A stretch of 64,000 nucleotides of DNA. Source: an uncultured Clostridia bacterium (GTDB lineage: Bacteria; Bacillota; Clostridia; Christensenellales; CAG-138). The stretch's first letter is position 1. Each line of letters opens with the position of its first letter. This document shows positions 17,422 through 27,610 of the stretch, in pieces. The translations under genes and the position numbers were made by a program. The notes beneath the pieces were generated by a model, which made no database searches, was not told where the DNA came from, and saw nothing but the letters and a program-made list of their open reading frames with translations. The stretch spans positions 8,945 through 72,944 of the forward strand of contig CALDNN010000196.1 of assembly GCA_937915455.1 (NCBI GenBank), in the 5' to 3' direction.

Positions 17422-18447
17422 TTAATACACATCTTTCCAGTCGGCAATGTTGGTGGCATCGAAACGGAACGGAGGCCCAATGATGATCTCTGTGCCGCCG
17501 TCGCCGGCCTCGGTCACGACATACTCCGTGCCGTTGGCCGCGGTGAACTTACCGCCGACCTTGCCGTCGAGACCGTTGTTGACCATCTCAAGCATCGTGT
17601 AAGCGGCCACCTTGCCCACATCGATCGGGTTCCAGAGGAACATATAGGGGCAGGCCACATCGCCTTCGCCCATGAACTCGGCCATCTCGGAGGGAAGGCC
17701 GAGGCCGGTGATGATGAGCTTGCCCTGCAGGCCGCTATCCGTAACGACCTTGGAGGCGGCGGCGATACCAACGGTGGTGGGCGCGCAGATGACCTTTAGG
17801 TTGGGGTAATTGCCGATCAGCGCCTGGGTTTGGTCAACGGATTTTTGGAACATATCGTCGCCATAGGCGACTTCTACCAGGTTCATGCCGGAATACTTGC
17901 TGTCCTTGAGGATCTCCTTCATCGCGTCGATCCAGGCGTTCTGGTTGGTAGCGGTAGAGGTGGCGGAGAGGATGGCCCAATCGCCCGAGCCGCCGGTGAG
18001 GTCATACACGGCGTCCACGAGACCTTGGGCAACCTGCTGCACGCCCGCCTGGTTGATGTGGGTCAGGCGGCTGGCTGGGTTCACGGAGGAGTCCATGGAA
18101 ACGACCTTGATACCCTTGGCCATGGCCGCCTTGAGGGCGGTTTCCAGCGCGTCGGGGTCGTTGGCGGCCACGGCAATGCCGCTCACGCCCTGCGCAACCA
18201 GCTCGTTGATCAGGGTGATCTGGGCCTCCGCGGTGATCTCGGCGGGGTACTTGACGATAACTTCCGCACCGGCGGCCTTGACGACTTCTTCAAAGCCGGC
18301 TGCCATCCGCTCCATGTAGGGGTTACCAGCGGATTTGGCGATGATGGCGTAGGAAGCCGATGCGGCAGCCCCCTCCGTGGGCTTCGTGCAGGCGAACGCC
18401 GTGAGCGCAAGCACGAGGCACAGTACGAGTACAATCAGTTTTTTCAT
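17422..18447 (-). CDS. Sugar ABC transporter substrate-binding lipoprotein (RbsB-fold; probable L-rhamnose binding, RhaS-like)
   Basis: Lipobox MKKLIVLVLCLVLALTAFAC. Periplasmic-binding-protein type I body. Last gene of the rhaM-rhaA-ABC operon. Confidence 0.85.
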   Translation of the reverse strand: MKKLIVLVLCLVLALTAFACTKPTEGAAASASYAIIAKSAGNPYMERMAAGFEEVVKAAGAEVIVKYPAEITAEAQITLINELVAQGVSGIAVAANDPDALETALKAAMAKGIKVVSMDSSVNPASRLTHINQAGVQQVAQGLVDAVYDLTGGSGDWAILSATSTATNQNAWIDAMKEILKDSKYSGMNLVEVAYGDDMFQKSVDQTQALIGNYPNLKVICAPTTVGIAAASKVVTDSGLQGKLIITGLGLPSEMAEFMGEGDVACPYMFLWNPIDVGKVAAYTMLEMVNNGLDGKVGGKFTAANGTEYVVTEAGDGGTEIIIGPPFRFDATNIADWKDVY

Positions 18448-18517
18448 TGTTTTCTCCCTCCCATTTTGTTTAATATAAACACGCCTAATGGTGTTTACTT
18501 GACCGGATATGACCGCT

Positions 18518-19564
18518 TTATTGCGGCGCGGATACCTGCTGCTGCATGCCGGCCGCCGAGGCCCGCGCCTTTTTGGCTGAGGAAGTATCGATAACGTTGG
18601 GCAGCATCACCATGAGGATAAGGATGGCGCCGATAATCATCAGGATGGTCTGCGTGTTGACGTTCGCCAGGCCCAGACCGTAGCGCAAAAGGCCCACGGT
18701 GAAGATGGAGATGATCGTGCCCGGAAAATTGCCCTTGCCGCCCGCCGTGGAGATGCCGCCCAGCACGACCATGCTGATGGCCTCCAGTTCATAGCCCGTG
18801 GCGATATCGCTGCGCACAGTGCCCATCCAGGAGCCGTAGAACACGGCGGAAAGGCCGCAGATGAGGCCGATCAGCGCATAGCTGATGAAGCGCACGCGCT
18901 GTACGGGAACGCCCGCATAGCGCGCGGCCATGCGGTTGGTGCCGATGGCGTAGAGCTGCCGGCCAAAGAGCGTTTTGTGCAGCACGAAGCCGAATACGAC
19001 GGCCAGTAGACAGAAAACAAGGAACACATAAGGGATGGGGCCGAGCTTGGCATAATAGAGTTCGTAGAACCAGGCGCATTGGTGGAGGTTGCTGGCGCTC
19101 TGGCTGCCCAGGAGAATCTCCGCGATGCCACGATAGAGCGTCATGGTACCCAGGGTGACGATCATGGGCGCAAGCTCCTGGAACTGGGTGAGCAGCAGGC
19201 CGTTGATCAGGCCGCAGGCCATGCCGCAAAATAGGGCGATGAGTACGGAGGCGCCCATGGGTAGGCCGGCGTTATAGCTTAGGCCCAGCAGCGTGGCCGA
19301 GAGGGCCACGGTGGAGCCCACGGAAAGGTCGATCTCGCCCAGCACCAGAATATAGGCCATCGGCAGGGCGATGAAGCCGCGCACGAGGAAGGTGCTGATG
19401 GCGGTAAAAATATTGTCCACATTGAGGTAATTGGAAGAGATTGAGGCGTTCATTACGTTGACAGCCACGAACAATACCAGCAGAAGCGTTTCCCAGCGCA
19501 ATAAAACGGAGCGGAGGGTCTTCTTCTGGGTGGAAACGATGTTGCGGGAACCATGCTCTGCCAT
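18518..19564 (-). CDS. Sugar ABC transporter permease (RbsC/RhaQ-like)
   Basis: 348 aa, polytopic, of the branched-chain/ribose permease family. Lies 1 nt after the upstream permease. Confidence 0.85.
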   Translation of the reverse strand: MAEHGSRNIVSTQKKTLRSVLLRWETLLLVLFVAVNVMNASISSNYLNVDNIFTAISTFLVRGFIALPMAYILVLGEIDLSVGSTVALSATLLGLSYNAGLPMGASVLIALFCGMACGLINGLLLTQFQELAPMIVTLGTMTLYRGIAEILLGSQSASNLHQCAWFYELYYAKLGPIPYVFLVFCLLAVVFGFVLHKTLFGRQLYAIGTNRMAARYAGVPVQRVRFISYALIGLICGLSAVFYGSWMGTVRSDIATGYELEAISMVVLGGISTAGGKGNFPGTIISIFTVGLLRYGLGLANVNTQTILMIIGAILILMVMLPNVIDTSSAKKARASAAGMQQQVSAPQ

Positions 19565-19565
19565 G

Positions 19566-20582
19566 TTAGATCTCCCTTGCCTTAAGCTGGTTTTTCTGCA
19601 GCGCGCGCTGCGCTAGGATATTAATGATGATGGCCAGCAGAATGATGAGGCCCTTGATCGCCCGCTGCCAGAATTGCGAAATGCCGATCAGCGGCAGCGC
19701 CTTGCTGATTACGGTCATGGTTAGCGCGCCCAACAGCACGCCCACCACCGAGCCCTGGCCGCCGCTGAGGCTCACGCCGCCCAGTACGCAGGCGGCGATG
19801 GCGTCCATCTCCATACCCGTGGCCATGTCGTTTTGGGCGGAGGCGTAGAGCGCTGTATACATCGCGCCCACCAGGCCTGAAAAGCTGCCCATCATGGTAT
19901 AGACCACGAGCTTGATGCGCTTGATGCGGATGCCGCTGATGGACGCGGCCTCCGGGTTGCTGCCCACTGCGTAGATACGCCTGCCAAAGCGCGTCCAGCG
20001 CATGACGACGAAGAACACAGCGTAACAGATGAGCGCGATAAAGATTAGGTTGTTCATCAGGCCAAAGGAGAGCGTGTTGGTCTGCGCGAATTGCTTGAAG
20101 GAAGCCTGGAACTGATAGGCCGAGACCCATTGGCTATCCGAAACGAGGTAGGTCGCGCCACGAAAAATATTCGTCAGGCCCAATGTGGCAATGATGGGGA
20201 TTACCTGGCCGTAGGCAATCACAGAGCCCACGAGCAGGCCGCAGAGCGTGCCGATGGCGATGCTCACCAGGAACATGACCAGCGTGGAGGAATAGACGCC
20301 CTCGCGCATCAGCAGCGAGGCGCACATCCCCGAGAAGGCCAGGGAAGAGGCCACGGAGATATCGATGCCACCGATGAGCAGCACGCTCATCATGCCGAGG
20401 GAGAGCGTGATGGTGGTGGAGTAGTTCTTGAGCATATCCTCGATGGTTTTGCCTGTGAGGAAGCTATGGTTTCTAGCTTGAATAAACGCGCAGATCAGCG
20501 CCAGCACGAGGAAGAGCGTCATTTCACGAGAGGCGGTGAGGCGCTTCCAAAGGGCCTTAAAATCGAAAGAAGTCTTTTGCAT
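19566..20582 (-). CDS. Sugar ABC transporter permease (RbsC/RhaP-like)
   Basis: 338 aa, polytopic, a paralog of the downstream permease. Confidence 0.85.
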   Translation of the reverse strand: MQKTSFDFKALWKRLTASREMTLFLVLALICAFIQARNHSFLTGKTIEDMLKNYSTTITLSLGMMSVLLIGGIDISVASSLAFSGMCASLLMREGVYSSTLVMFLVSIAIGTLCGLLVGSVIAYGQVIPIIATLGLTNIFRGATYLVSDSQWVSAYQFQASFKQFAQTNTLSFGLMNNLIFIALICYAVFFVVMRWTRFGRRIYAVGSNPEAASISGIRIKRIKLVVYTMMGSFSGLVGAMYTALYASAQNDMATGMEMDAIAACVLGGVSLSGGQGSVVGVLLGALTMTVISKALPLIGISQFWQRAIKGLIILLAIIINILAQRALQKNQLKAREI

Positions 20583-20595
20583 CTGCTATCCCTCC

Positions 20596-22104
20596 TTACG
20601 CGCCCTGGGCAGGCTGCGCGTGTTTGCGCATGGCCAGCTCGAGGATGCGCTCCTGCGTGGCCTCGGCCCGGCTCAGCTCGCCGGTCATCCGTCCGTCGCA
20701 CATCACGAAGATGCGGTCGCACATGCCGAGGATCTCGGGCATTTCGGAGGAGATCATGATCACGGCAAGGCCCGCTTCGGCCAGCTCGCCCATAATCTCG
20801 TAAACGGCCGCCTTCGCGCCCACATCCACACCCTTGGTCGGCTCGTCCATGATGAGTACTTTGAGGGAGGAGTTGAGCGCCTTGGCGACCACCACCTTTT
20901 GCTGGTTGCCGCCGGAGAGCGAGCTGCATGCATCAAAGATTGAAACCGCCCTTACATCTACCCTCTCGGCCAGGCGCTTGGCGTCGGCGTTTTCCTCGCT
21001 TTCGGAAAGGACGCCGTATTTTGCGTAGCGCTTGAGCTCGGATAGGGTGATGTTGCGTCCAATGCCCCAATCCAACAGCAGGCCCTGCTGCTGGCGGTCC
21101 TCCGTGAGTAGGCCGATGCCCAGGCGCATGGCATCCTGCGGCTTTTTGATGGAAACGGGCTTGCCTTCAAGGAAAATCTTGCCTGCGTCGTAGCGCTCCA
21201 CGCCAAAGAGCGTTTGGACCACCTCCGTACGCCCAGCGCCCACCAATCCGGTGAGGCCCACGATCTCGCCACGCCGCACATTTAGGGAGACATCCTTAAA
21301 ATAGCCCGCGTGGCTCAGCCCCTCCACCTGCAGCACCTCTTCGCCCGGCACGATGGAGGGCTTGGGGAAGAGCTCCTTGATCTCGCGGCCCACCATGGCC
21401 TTAATCAGCTCCGGCTCGGTGATGGTGGCCGCATCGAAGGTGCCGATATAATGCGCATCGCGGAAAACCGTGACCCGCGAGGCCAGGCGGTACATATCCT
21501 CCAGCCTGTGCGAGATGAAGATGATGGATGTGCCCTCGTCCCGTAGGGCCTCGGTGATGCGGTAAAGCTCTTCGGATTCGCTTTTGGTCAGGGCGGCCGT
21601 GGGCTCATCCATGATGATGATGTTCGCGTTCATGGAGAGGGCTTTGGCGATCTCCACCATCTGCTGCTGGGCTACGGATAGCGAGCTCATCAGCGCCGTG
21701 GCGCTGAAGGATACGCCCAAGGGGCGAAGCAGCTCCTCTGCGCGGCGGTTCATTTCCTTCCATTGCAATAGGCCGCCCTTGACGCACTCGTGGCCCATAA
21801 AAATGTTTTCCGCCACAGAAAGATGCGGGTAGCTGGTCACATGCTGGTAGATGGCTGCGATGCCGTGGCGCTGGGCGTCCAGCGGCGTCTTGAATTCCAC
21901 CTTCCGGCCATCCATGAAGACGCTACCCTCGTCGGGCTGGTGCACGCCGGTAATCACCTTGATGAAGGTGGATTTACCTGCGCCGTTTTCCCCCATGATG
22001 GCGTGGATCTCGCCAGGCAGCAATTGGAAGCTCACCCGGTCGAGCGCCTTCACGCCCGGGAAAACCTTTGTGATATTCTTTAGTTCCAAACGGAATTCGG
22101 ACAT
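20596..22104 (-). CDS. Sugar ABC transporter ATP-binding protein with duplicated ABC domains (RbsA/RhaT-like)
   Basis: 502 aa. Walker A GENGAGKST, a second degenerate P-loop GLVGAGRTE, and two signature motifs. Confidence 0.9.
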   Translation of the reverse strand: MSEFRLELKNITKVFPGVKALDRVSFQLLPGEIHAIMGENGAGKSTFIKVITGVHQPDEGSVFMDGRKVEFKTPLDAQRHGIAAIYQHVTSYPHLSVAENIFMGHECVKGGLLQWKEMNRRAEELLRPLGVSFSATALMSSLSVAQQQMVEIAKALSMNANIIIMDEPTAALTKSESEELYRITEALRDEGTSIIFISHRLEDMYRLASRVTVFRDAHYIGTFDAATITEPELIKAMVGREIKELFPKPSIVPGEEVLQVEGLSHAGYFKDVSLNVRRGEIVGLTGLVGAGRTEVVQTLFGVERYDAGKIFLEGKPVSIKKPQDAMRLGIGLLTEDRQQQGLLLDWGIGRNITLSELKRYAKYGVLSESEENADAKRLAERVDVRAVSIFDACSSLSGGNQQKVVVAKALNSSLKVLIMDEPTKGVDVGAKAAVYEIMGELAEAGLAVIMISSEMPEILGMCDRIFVMCDGRMTGELSRAEATQERILELAMRKHAQPAQGA

Positions 22105-22117
22105 AGGCCCTCCTTAT

Positions 22118-23362
22118 TTATCCGCGCTCATAAGCCCTAGCGATTGCTAACCACTCTCCATCCTGCGGAGTGCCACGCTGCTCGCAATAATGCGCCCAAA
22201 CCGCGCCGAAAGGCATGGTTTTACGATCTTCCAGAGCGGCGAAGCGGGCTGTGTAATCCCCGGCATATTCCACCTCGCGGATGGCCCGCGCGGGCGCGAG
22301 GCAGGATTTGAGCAGCGCCTTGCGCGCGTTGCGCATGCCGATGGCCCAGGCCGCGATGCGGTTGATGGAGGCGTCGAAATAATCGAGGCCGATGAACACC
22401 CGCTCTTCGAGGCCATTCCAGATGATCTCGTCCATGATGCGCATCAGCTCGTCGTCTAGGGTGATCACGTGGTCGCTATCCCAGCGCACGCCGCGGCTCA
22501 CATGCAGCAGGATCTTATCGAGGAATTGCAGCACCGCGGTGATCTTGGCGCTGATGACCTCGGTGGGATGGAAATGGCCCGCGTCCAGCGTATAGAGCTT
22601 GCCGCGCGAAAGGGCGTAGCCCAGCGCGTACTCGTGGCTGGCCACCGTGTAGCTTTCCACGCCCACGCCAAAGAGCTTACTCTCCACAGAGCAGGGGACG
22701 AGCGCCTCGTCGATGGGCTCTTTAAAGATAGCGTCCAGCGATGCGGTCATCAGGTCGCGGCGGCGCACGGTATCCACGCACACATCCTTATAGCCATCCG
22801 GCATCCAATAATTGACCGTGCAGGGTTGGCCAGTGCCTTTGGCGAATTCGAGGGCGATCTCGCGGCAGCGCTTGCCGTGCTCAATCCAGAAGCTGCGCGT
22901 GCCCGGATCGAAGCTGCTGAGCGAAAAGTCGCCGTCCATTCTGGGGTGCGAAAAATAGGTGGGGTTGAAATCGAGACCCAGGCCGGTCTGCTTAGCCCAA
23001 TCCAGCCAGGCGGCGAATTGCTCGATCGTATAAGCGTCGCGGTCGATCTTGCGTCCGCCCTTCTCCGCGTAGCTGGCATGCAGGCTCAGCTTGGTGCGGC
23101 CCGGAATCAGGCGCAGGGCCGCCTCGATATCCGCTCGAAGCTCACCCGGCGTGCGGGCGCGGCCCGGGTAATTGCCGGTGGTCTGTATGCCGCCACTGAG
23201 GGCGTCCGAACCGTCGAAGCCGATCACATCGTCCCCCTGCCAGCAATGCATGGATACGGGAACCGCGTCCGCCCGGGCGATGGCGGCTTCCACATCTACG
23301 CCCACAGCGGCATATTGCTCTTTGGCGATTTCAAACGCCTGGTTGATCTTTACGCTCTCCAT
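22118..23362 (-). CDS. rhaA: L-rhamnose isomerase
   Basis: 414 aa. N-terminus AFEIAKEQYAAVGVDVEAAIARADAVPVSMHCWQGDDVIGFD is colinear with the E. coli RhaA N-terminus. Confidence 0.95.
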   Translation of the reverse strand: MESVKINQAFEIAKEQYAAVGVDVEAAIARADAVPVSMHCWQGDDVIGFDGSDALSGGIQTTGNYPGRARTPGELRADIEAALRLIPGRTKLSLHASYAEKGGRKIDRDAYTIEQFAAWLDWAKQTGLGLDFNPTYFSHPRMDGDFSLSSFDPGTRSFWIEHGKRCREIALEFAKGTGQPCTVNYWMPDGYKDVCVDTVRRRDLMTASLDAIFKEPIDEALVPCSVESKLFGVGVESYTVASHEYALGYALSRGKLYTLDAGHFHPTEVISAKITAVLQFLDKILLHVSRGVRWDSDHVITLDDELMRIMDEIIWNGLEERVFIGLDYFDASINRIAAWAIGMRNARKALLKSCLAPARAIREVEYAGDYTARFAALEDRKTMPFGAVWAHYCEQRGTPQDGEWLAIARAYERG

Positions 23363-23426
23363 TTATCTCTCCTAAATTGATTGAATTAAATCATGCGAAT
23401 GCGTGCCGCGGGGCGTGCGCAACACG

Positions 23427-23741
23427 CTATTTATGCAAAAATACCTGCCGCAGTAGCGGCTGCGCACCGGTCACAGGATCCATCTCCATGGCCATAACGT
23501 CTTTCATATAGTCGTTCCATCTTTGCACGACAGGGCTCTCGGCCTGCACCCGAGCCGCGTGCGCCACGCTCTCGCATTCGTAATAGCCGAAAAGCTCGTC
23601 GCCTACGTTCCAGATCGTATAGTTGTGGATGCCGGCCTTGTTGAGCACCTCGGTCATCACCGGCCAGATGGCATCGTGCCTGTGGATATATTCTTCCAGC
23701 TTCCCGGGCAGCACGCGCGCCTTCCAAGCGTAACGTTCCAT
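23427..23741 (-). CDS. rhaM: L-rhamnose mutarotase
   Basis: 104 aa. Starts MERYAWKARVLPGKLEEYIHRHDAIWPVMTEVL and contains NYTIW....LFGYYE. Confidence 0.9.
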   Translation of the reverse strand: MERYAWKARVLPGKLEEYIHRHDAIWPVMTEVLNKAGIHNYTIWNVGDELFGYYECESVAHAARVQAESPVVQRWNDYMKDVMAMEMDPVTGAQPLLRQVFLHK

Positions 23742-23818
23742 AAGGTCTCCTTTCGGCTTAAGCGTTTTGGTGATTGGACTTAACTATATAAATATCTTGT
23801 GTAAGTATGTTGACATTT

Positions 23819-23969
23819 TATTGCACTATGTTGCCATGGGCTTCCGTGGCTACCCATACCCGCTCTATATGTTACGGTTAACGAATTGTGCGGAATTAAT
23901 AGGGGGAAAATCGAATTGTTGCAATACCCTGCTGCGATGCAATATACTAGAACTATATTTAGTATTGCA
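23819..23969. promoter_or_regulatory. Four copies of the heptamer TGCAATA/TATTGCA in the divergent rha control region
   Basis: TATTGCA at 23819..23825 and 23963..23969. TGCAATA at 23920..23926 and 23938..23944. All sit in the AT-rich gap between rhaM and the AraC-type regulator. Candidate operator half-sites. Confidence 0.45.
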
Positions 23970-24040
23970 GATTATGTTATGTTTGTCATTGCTTAATGTT
24001 GGTTAACTATCAAAATATCTTGGCTTGGAGGACATCTTCT

Positions 24041-24928
24041 ATGGCGGGCGTTCAATTAAACTATGAGCTGGATATTACGTCCAATTCCACCTGGCTCACC
24101 GTCACATCCGGCCAGCAGGCCAAGCAGAGCCTGCCCTATGTGCAGGAGGTGGGGGATTTTCTTGCGCGGGAAAAATACTATACGCGGCGCGAGGGGCTGC
24201 CATCTTATCTGATCAAATACGTCGTTTCCGGCGAGGGCCTGCTGGAGTATAACGGCGCTACGGAAACCGTGAGCCCGGGCCAGGCCTTCTGGATCGAGTG
24301 CCGCAAGCCGCAGTTTTACCAAACCAGCCCCATAAAAAAGGAATGGCATATGCTCTGGGTGCATTTTTACGGCCATGGCTGTGCGCGCTATTATGACCTC
24401 TTTTTATCGCAAAACGATGGTTGCAACGTGATCACCCTCCCTCCCAATACCGCCGCGCCGGCCATCCTGCGCGAGCTGATGGAGATCTACAGGTACGGGC
24501 AAAGCTCCCTGGCAGGGGATATCCGCGCGGCCAGGCTGCTGACGGACCTGATGAGCGATTGCGCCCTGAGCGCCTGCACCCTGCCGGAGCATGAGATGGT
24601 GCCCGACTGCATCCAGGAGGCGCGCACGTATTTGCTGGATAACTACCATATGCGCATTACGCTGGATGATCTGGCCAAGCGCTTTTCAATGAACAAGTTC
24701 TATTTTCAAAAGCTCTTCAAGCGCTACACGGGCTTCACGCCCAACGAATTTTTGATCTTTACACGGCTCAACCGGGCCAAGGAGCTTTTGCGTACCACCA
24801 ACGATACCATCAACCAGATCGCCTTTGAGGTGGGCATCGAAAACTCCAGCCACTTCATCAACCAGTTTAAGCAGCGCGAGGGGATCACGCCCCATGCCTT
24901 CCGCCAGAGCTGGTATAAGATGATTTAG
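24041..24928 (+). CDS. AraC/XylS-family transcriptional regulator (RhaR/RhaS-like; cupin sensor + dual HTH)
   Basis: From ORF 23996..24928. Start MAGVQLNYELD lies after GGAGGA. The C-terminal HTH_18 region contains FYFQKLFKRYTGFTPNEF and SSHFINQFKQREGITP. Confidence 0.9.
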   Translation: MAGVQLNYELDITSNSTWLTVTSGQQAKQSLPYVQEVGDFLAREKYYTRREGLPSYLIKYVVSGEGLLEYNGATETVSPGQAFWIECRKPQFYQTSPIKKEWHMLWVHFYGHGCARYYDLFLSQNDGCNVITLPPNTAAPAILRELMEIYRYGQSSLAGDIRAARLLTDLMSDCALSACTLPEHEMVPDCIQEARTYLLDNYHMRITLDDLAKRFSMNKFYFQKLFKRYTGFTPNEFLIFTRLNRAKELLRTTNDTINQIAFEVGIENSSHFINQFKQREGITPHAFRQSWYKMI

Positions 24929-25070
24929 CCGCTTTTGTCAAGATAGCGATATTATTGTCCAACTTTGCTGGTGTACGTTCTGAAACGGCTTTGCTATAAT
25001 GGAACCATAAGGTGTTATCATTTCCCATGCACGGCGTCAATGTAATGTTATGGATCAAGAGGAAAAGCAG

Positions 25071-26132
25071 ATGGATTTTTTTACAACGCATCAGGAAAGG
25101 CTGCAAGCCTTCCGCACGCTCTCCTGTGAGATCGGCGCGCGGACGGATTATGTGCAGGGCGGGGGCGGCAACACTTCCGTAAAGCTGGAAGGGGGGCTGA
25201 TGGCCATCAAGGCCTCGGGCTACCGCCTAAGCGACATCCGAGAGGACGCGGCCTATGCCGTGCTCGACGGGGCGGCCGTGCGGGAATTCTACCTTTCGCA
25301 CCAGCCAGGGGATTTTAGCGATGTGGAAAGTGAGTGCGCCGCCTTCACCAAGGGGCAGGTCAAGCAAATCGCGGGGCTGGCCGCACTGCGCCCCTCTGTA
25401 GAGGCGGGCTTTCATTCCCTGCTCGACAGATATGTGATCCACAGCCACAGCGTATACGCCAACCTCGCCGCCTGCGCCAAAGAATGCGAAAGCATACTAG
25501 CCGTGGCCTTTGCGGACGCGCACTTCGCCTGGGGCATGGTTCCCTATGTGGATCCGGGCGGCCGGCTTACCTTTTCCATCCGCGATGAGATAAAGCGCGT
25601 GGAAGCGCTAGCGGGCCGCCGGCCGGCCGTGCTGGTGATGCAAAACCACGGCATCATCGCGCATGCGGAGGATGCGGCGGAAGCCATAAGCATCCATGCG
25701 GCCGCAAACGAGCGCCTGGCCGGCTATTTCGGCCTTAGCGGCGATTCCTTCCCGGAGGCGCGTATCCGCCAAACGGGCGAAAACGAATTCGTTTCGGATA
25801 CGCCGTATCTGCAAAGCTTCCTGCGGGGGGATGGCTATCCGGAAGAAAAGCTCTTGGCTGAGCCGCTCTATCCGGATCAAATGGTGTTTTTAACCGGCAC
25901 GCTGGGCGAGACGGCTTTGATCGATCGTGCGAGCGGCACGGTGCGGTATCGCATGGAGGAAAGCGCCGCCCTCACCCTGGAGCAAACGCTCATGGCCGTT
26001 GTTTTTATTGAAGAAACGCTGCGCGCAGCCAACCTGACCCTGCAAACGATGGGAGAGGCGGCCAAAGCCTTTATTGCCAACTGGGAAAGCGAGAAATACC
26101 GCAAGCAGCTGGCCGCGGGTGCGAAGCCATGA
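25071..26132 (+). CDS. Class II aldolase/adducin-domain protein, RhaE-like (probable L-rhamnulose-1-phosphate aldolase), stand-alone
   Basis: From ORF 25050..26132. The ATG at 25071 has the upstream AGAGGA. GGGNTSVK N-terminal motif, PSVEAGFH (catalytic Glu), IHSH (Zn His pair), QNHG. Confidence 0.75.
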   Translation: MDFFTTHQERLQAFRTLSCEIGARTDYVQGGGGNTSVKLEGGLMAIKASGYRLSDIREDAAYAVLDGAAVREFYLSHQPGDFSDVESECAAFTKGQVKQIAGLAALRPSVEAGFHSLLDRYVIHSHSVYANLAACAKECESILAVAFADAHFAWGMVPYVDPGGRLTFSIRDEIKRVEALAGRRPAVLVMQNHGIIAHAEDAAEAISIHAAANERLAGYFGLSGDSFPEARIRQTGENEFVSDTPYLQSFLRGDGYPEEKLLAEPLYPDQMVFLTGTLGETALIDRASGTVRYRMEESAALTLEQTLMAVVFIEETLRAANLTLQTMGEAAKAFIANWESEKYRKQLAAGAKP

Positions 26133-27610
26133 CGCGCGATATGCTGGCCTTCGACCTGGGCGCTTCCAACGGCCGCGCCGTGCTGGCCCGCTTCGACGGC
26201 GATAAGCTGGTCCTTTCGGAGCTGCACCGCTTCCCCAACGCGCTACATAATAAGGGCGGGCTCTCCTATTGGGATGCGGGCGCGCTCTTTGCCGAGCTAA
26301 AGGAGGGCTTTCACGCCTACAGCCGGGATGTGGGCGGCGAGCTTTCCAGCTTCGGCATCGATACCTGGGGTGTGGATTACGGCCTGCTCGATGCGGGCGG
26401 CGGCCTGATCGGCGACCCACGCGCCTACCGCACCGCCGTGGATGACGATATGGATCTAGCGTGGCAGCGGGCGGATAAGCACGGGCTTTTTGCCCGCACG
26501 GGTATCGCGGCTATGTCCTTCAACACTGTATACCAGCTCTATAGGCGCGTGCGAGAAAACGACGAGCAGCTGGCCAGCGCGCACACCCTGCTCTTGATGC
26601 CCGATCTTTTGGGCTATTTCTTTACCGGCGATAAGCTCACCGAATATACCAATGCCACCACCACCAATCTGCTGGCCGCGGATACCGCTTCTTGGGATGG
26701 CGAGACCTTGCGCCTGTTGGATATCCCGGCGCGCATCTTTACCGCCATCGATTTCCCCGGTACGCTTCGCAGCCCCCTTAAAACCGAGCTTGCAAACGAG
26801 CTTGGCCTGCGAAACGTGCGTTTGGCCGCTGTGGGGACGCATGACACGGCCTCGGCAGTAGCGGCCATACCGGGTGAGGGCAGCTTCGCCTTTTGCTCGA
26901 GCGGCACATGGTCCCTCTTTGGCGTGGAAACGGAAAAGCCCATGCTGACGGATGCGGTGTTCGCGGCGAATTTTTCCAACGAGGGCACCGTGCAGGGTGG
27001 CTTCCGGCCACTCAAAAACATCATGGGCCTGTGGATCATTCAGGAATGCCGCAGGGAGTGGGCGGCCGAAGGTAAGGCGTTTTCATGGGACGAGCTCGTA
27101 CGTCTGGCCAAAAGGGAAGCCCCCTTCCGCTCGGTGATCGATCCGGACGACGCACCCTTTTTCAAGCCGGGTGCTATGCTGCAAAAGATCCGCGTCTATT
27201 GCCTAGAAACGGGCCAGATTGCGCCGGAAACGGAAGGGCAGTTCGCGCGGTGCGTATACGAAAGCTTGGCGCTCAAATACCGCCATGCCCTGGAAACGCT
27301 GGAAACCATCAAGGGCAGGCGCATCGATACGCTCAATATCGTGGGCGGCGGCAGCCAAAACGGCCTTTTGAACCAGATGGCCGCGGATGCCACGGGCCGC
27401 ACTGTGGTCACCGGCCCCATCGAGGGCGCGAGCGCCGGCAACGCGCTGATGCAAGCGCAGGCGCTGGGTGAGATCAGGAATATTGCAGAAGCGCGCGAGG
27501 TCATCCGCCGCTCTTTCCCGCTGACCGTGTGGGAGCCGCGGCAAACGCAGGCCTGGCAGGATGCTTATGCGCGACTGCTGCGCTATATGGAGGTAAAGAA
27601 GCATGCTTGA
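26129..27610 (+). CDS. rhaB: Rhamnulokinase (FGGY family)
   Basis: 493 aa. N-terminus LAFDLGASNGRAVLARF....LHRFPN. ATGA overlap with the upstream gene. Confidence 0.9.
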   Translation: MTRDMLAFDLGASNGRAVLARFDGDKLVLSELHRFPNALHNKGGLSYWDAGALFAELKEGFHAYSRDVGGELSSFGIDTWGVDYGLLDAGGGLIGDPRAYRTAVDDDMDLAWQRADKHGLFARTGIAAMSFNTVYQLYRRVRENDEQLASAHTLLLMPDLLGYFFTGDKLTEYTNATTTNLLAADTASWDGETLRLLDIPARIFTAIDFPGTLRSPLKTELANELGLRNVRLAAVGTHDTASAVAAIPGEGSFAFCSSGTWSLFGVETEKPMLTDAVFAANFSNEGTVQGGFRPLKNIMGLWIIQECRREWAAEGKAFSWDELVRLAKREAPFRSVIDPDDAPFFKPGAMLQKIRVYCLETGQIAPETEGQFARCVYESLALKYRHALETLETIKGRRIDTLNIVGGGSQNGLLNQMAADATGRTVVTGPIEGASAGNALMQAQALGEIRNIAEAREVIRRSFPLTVWEPRQTQAWQDAYARLLRYMEVKKHA

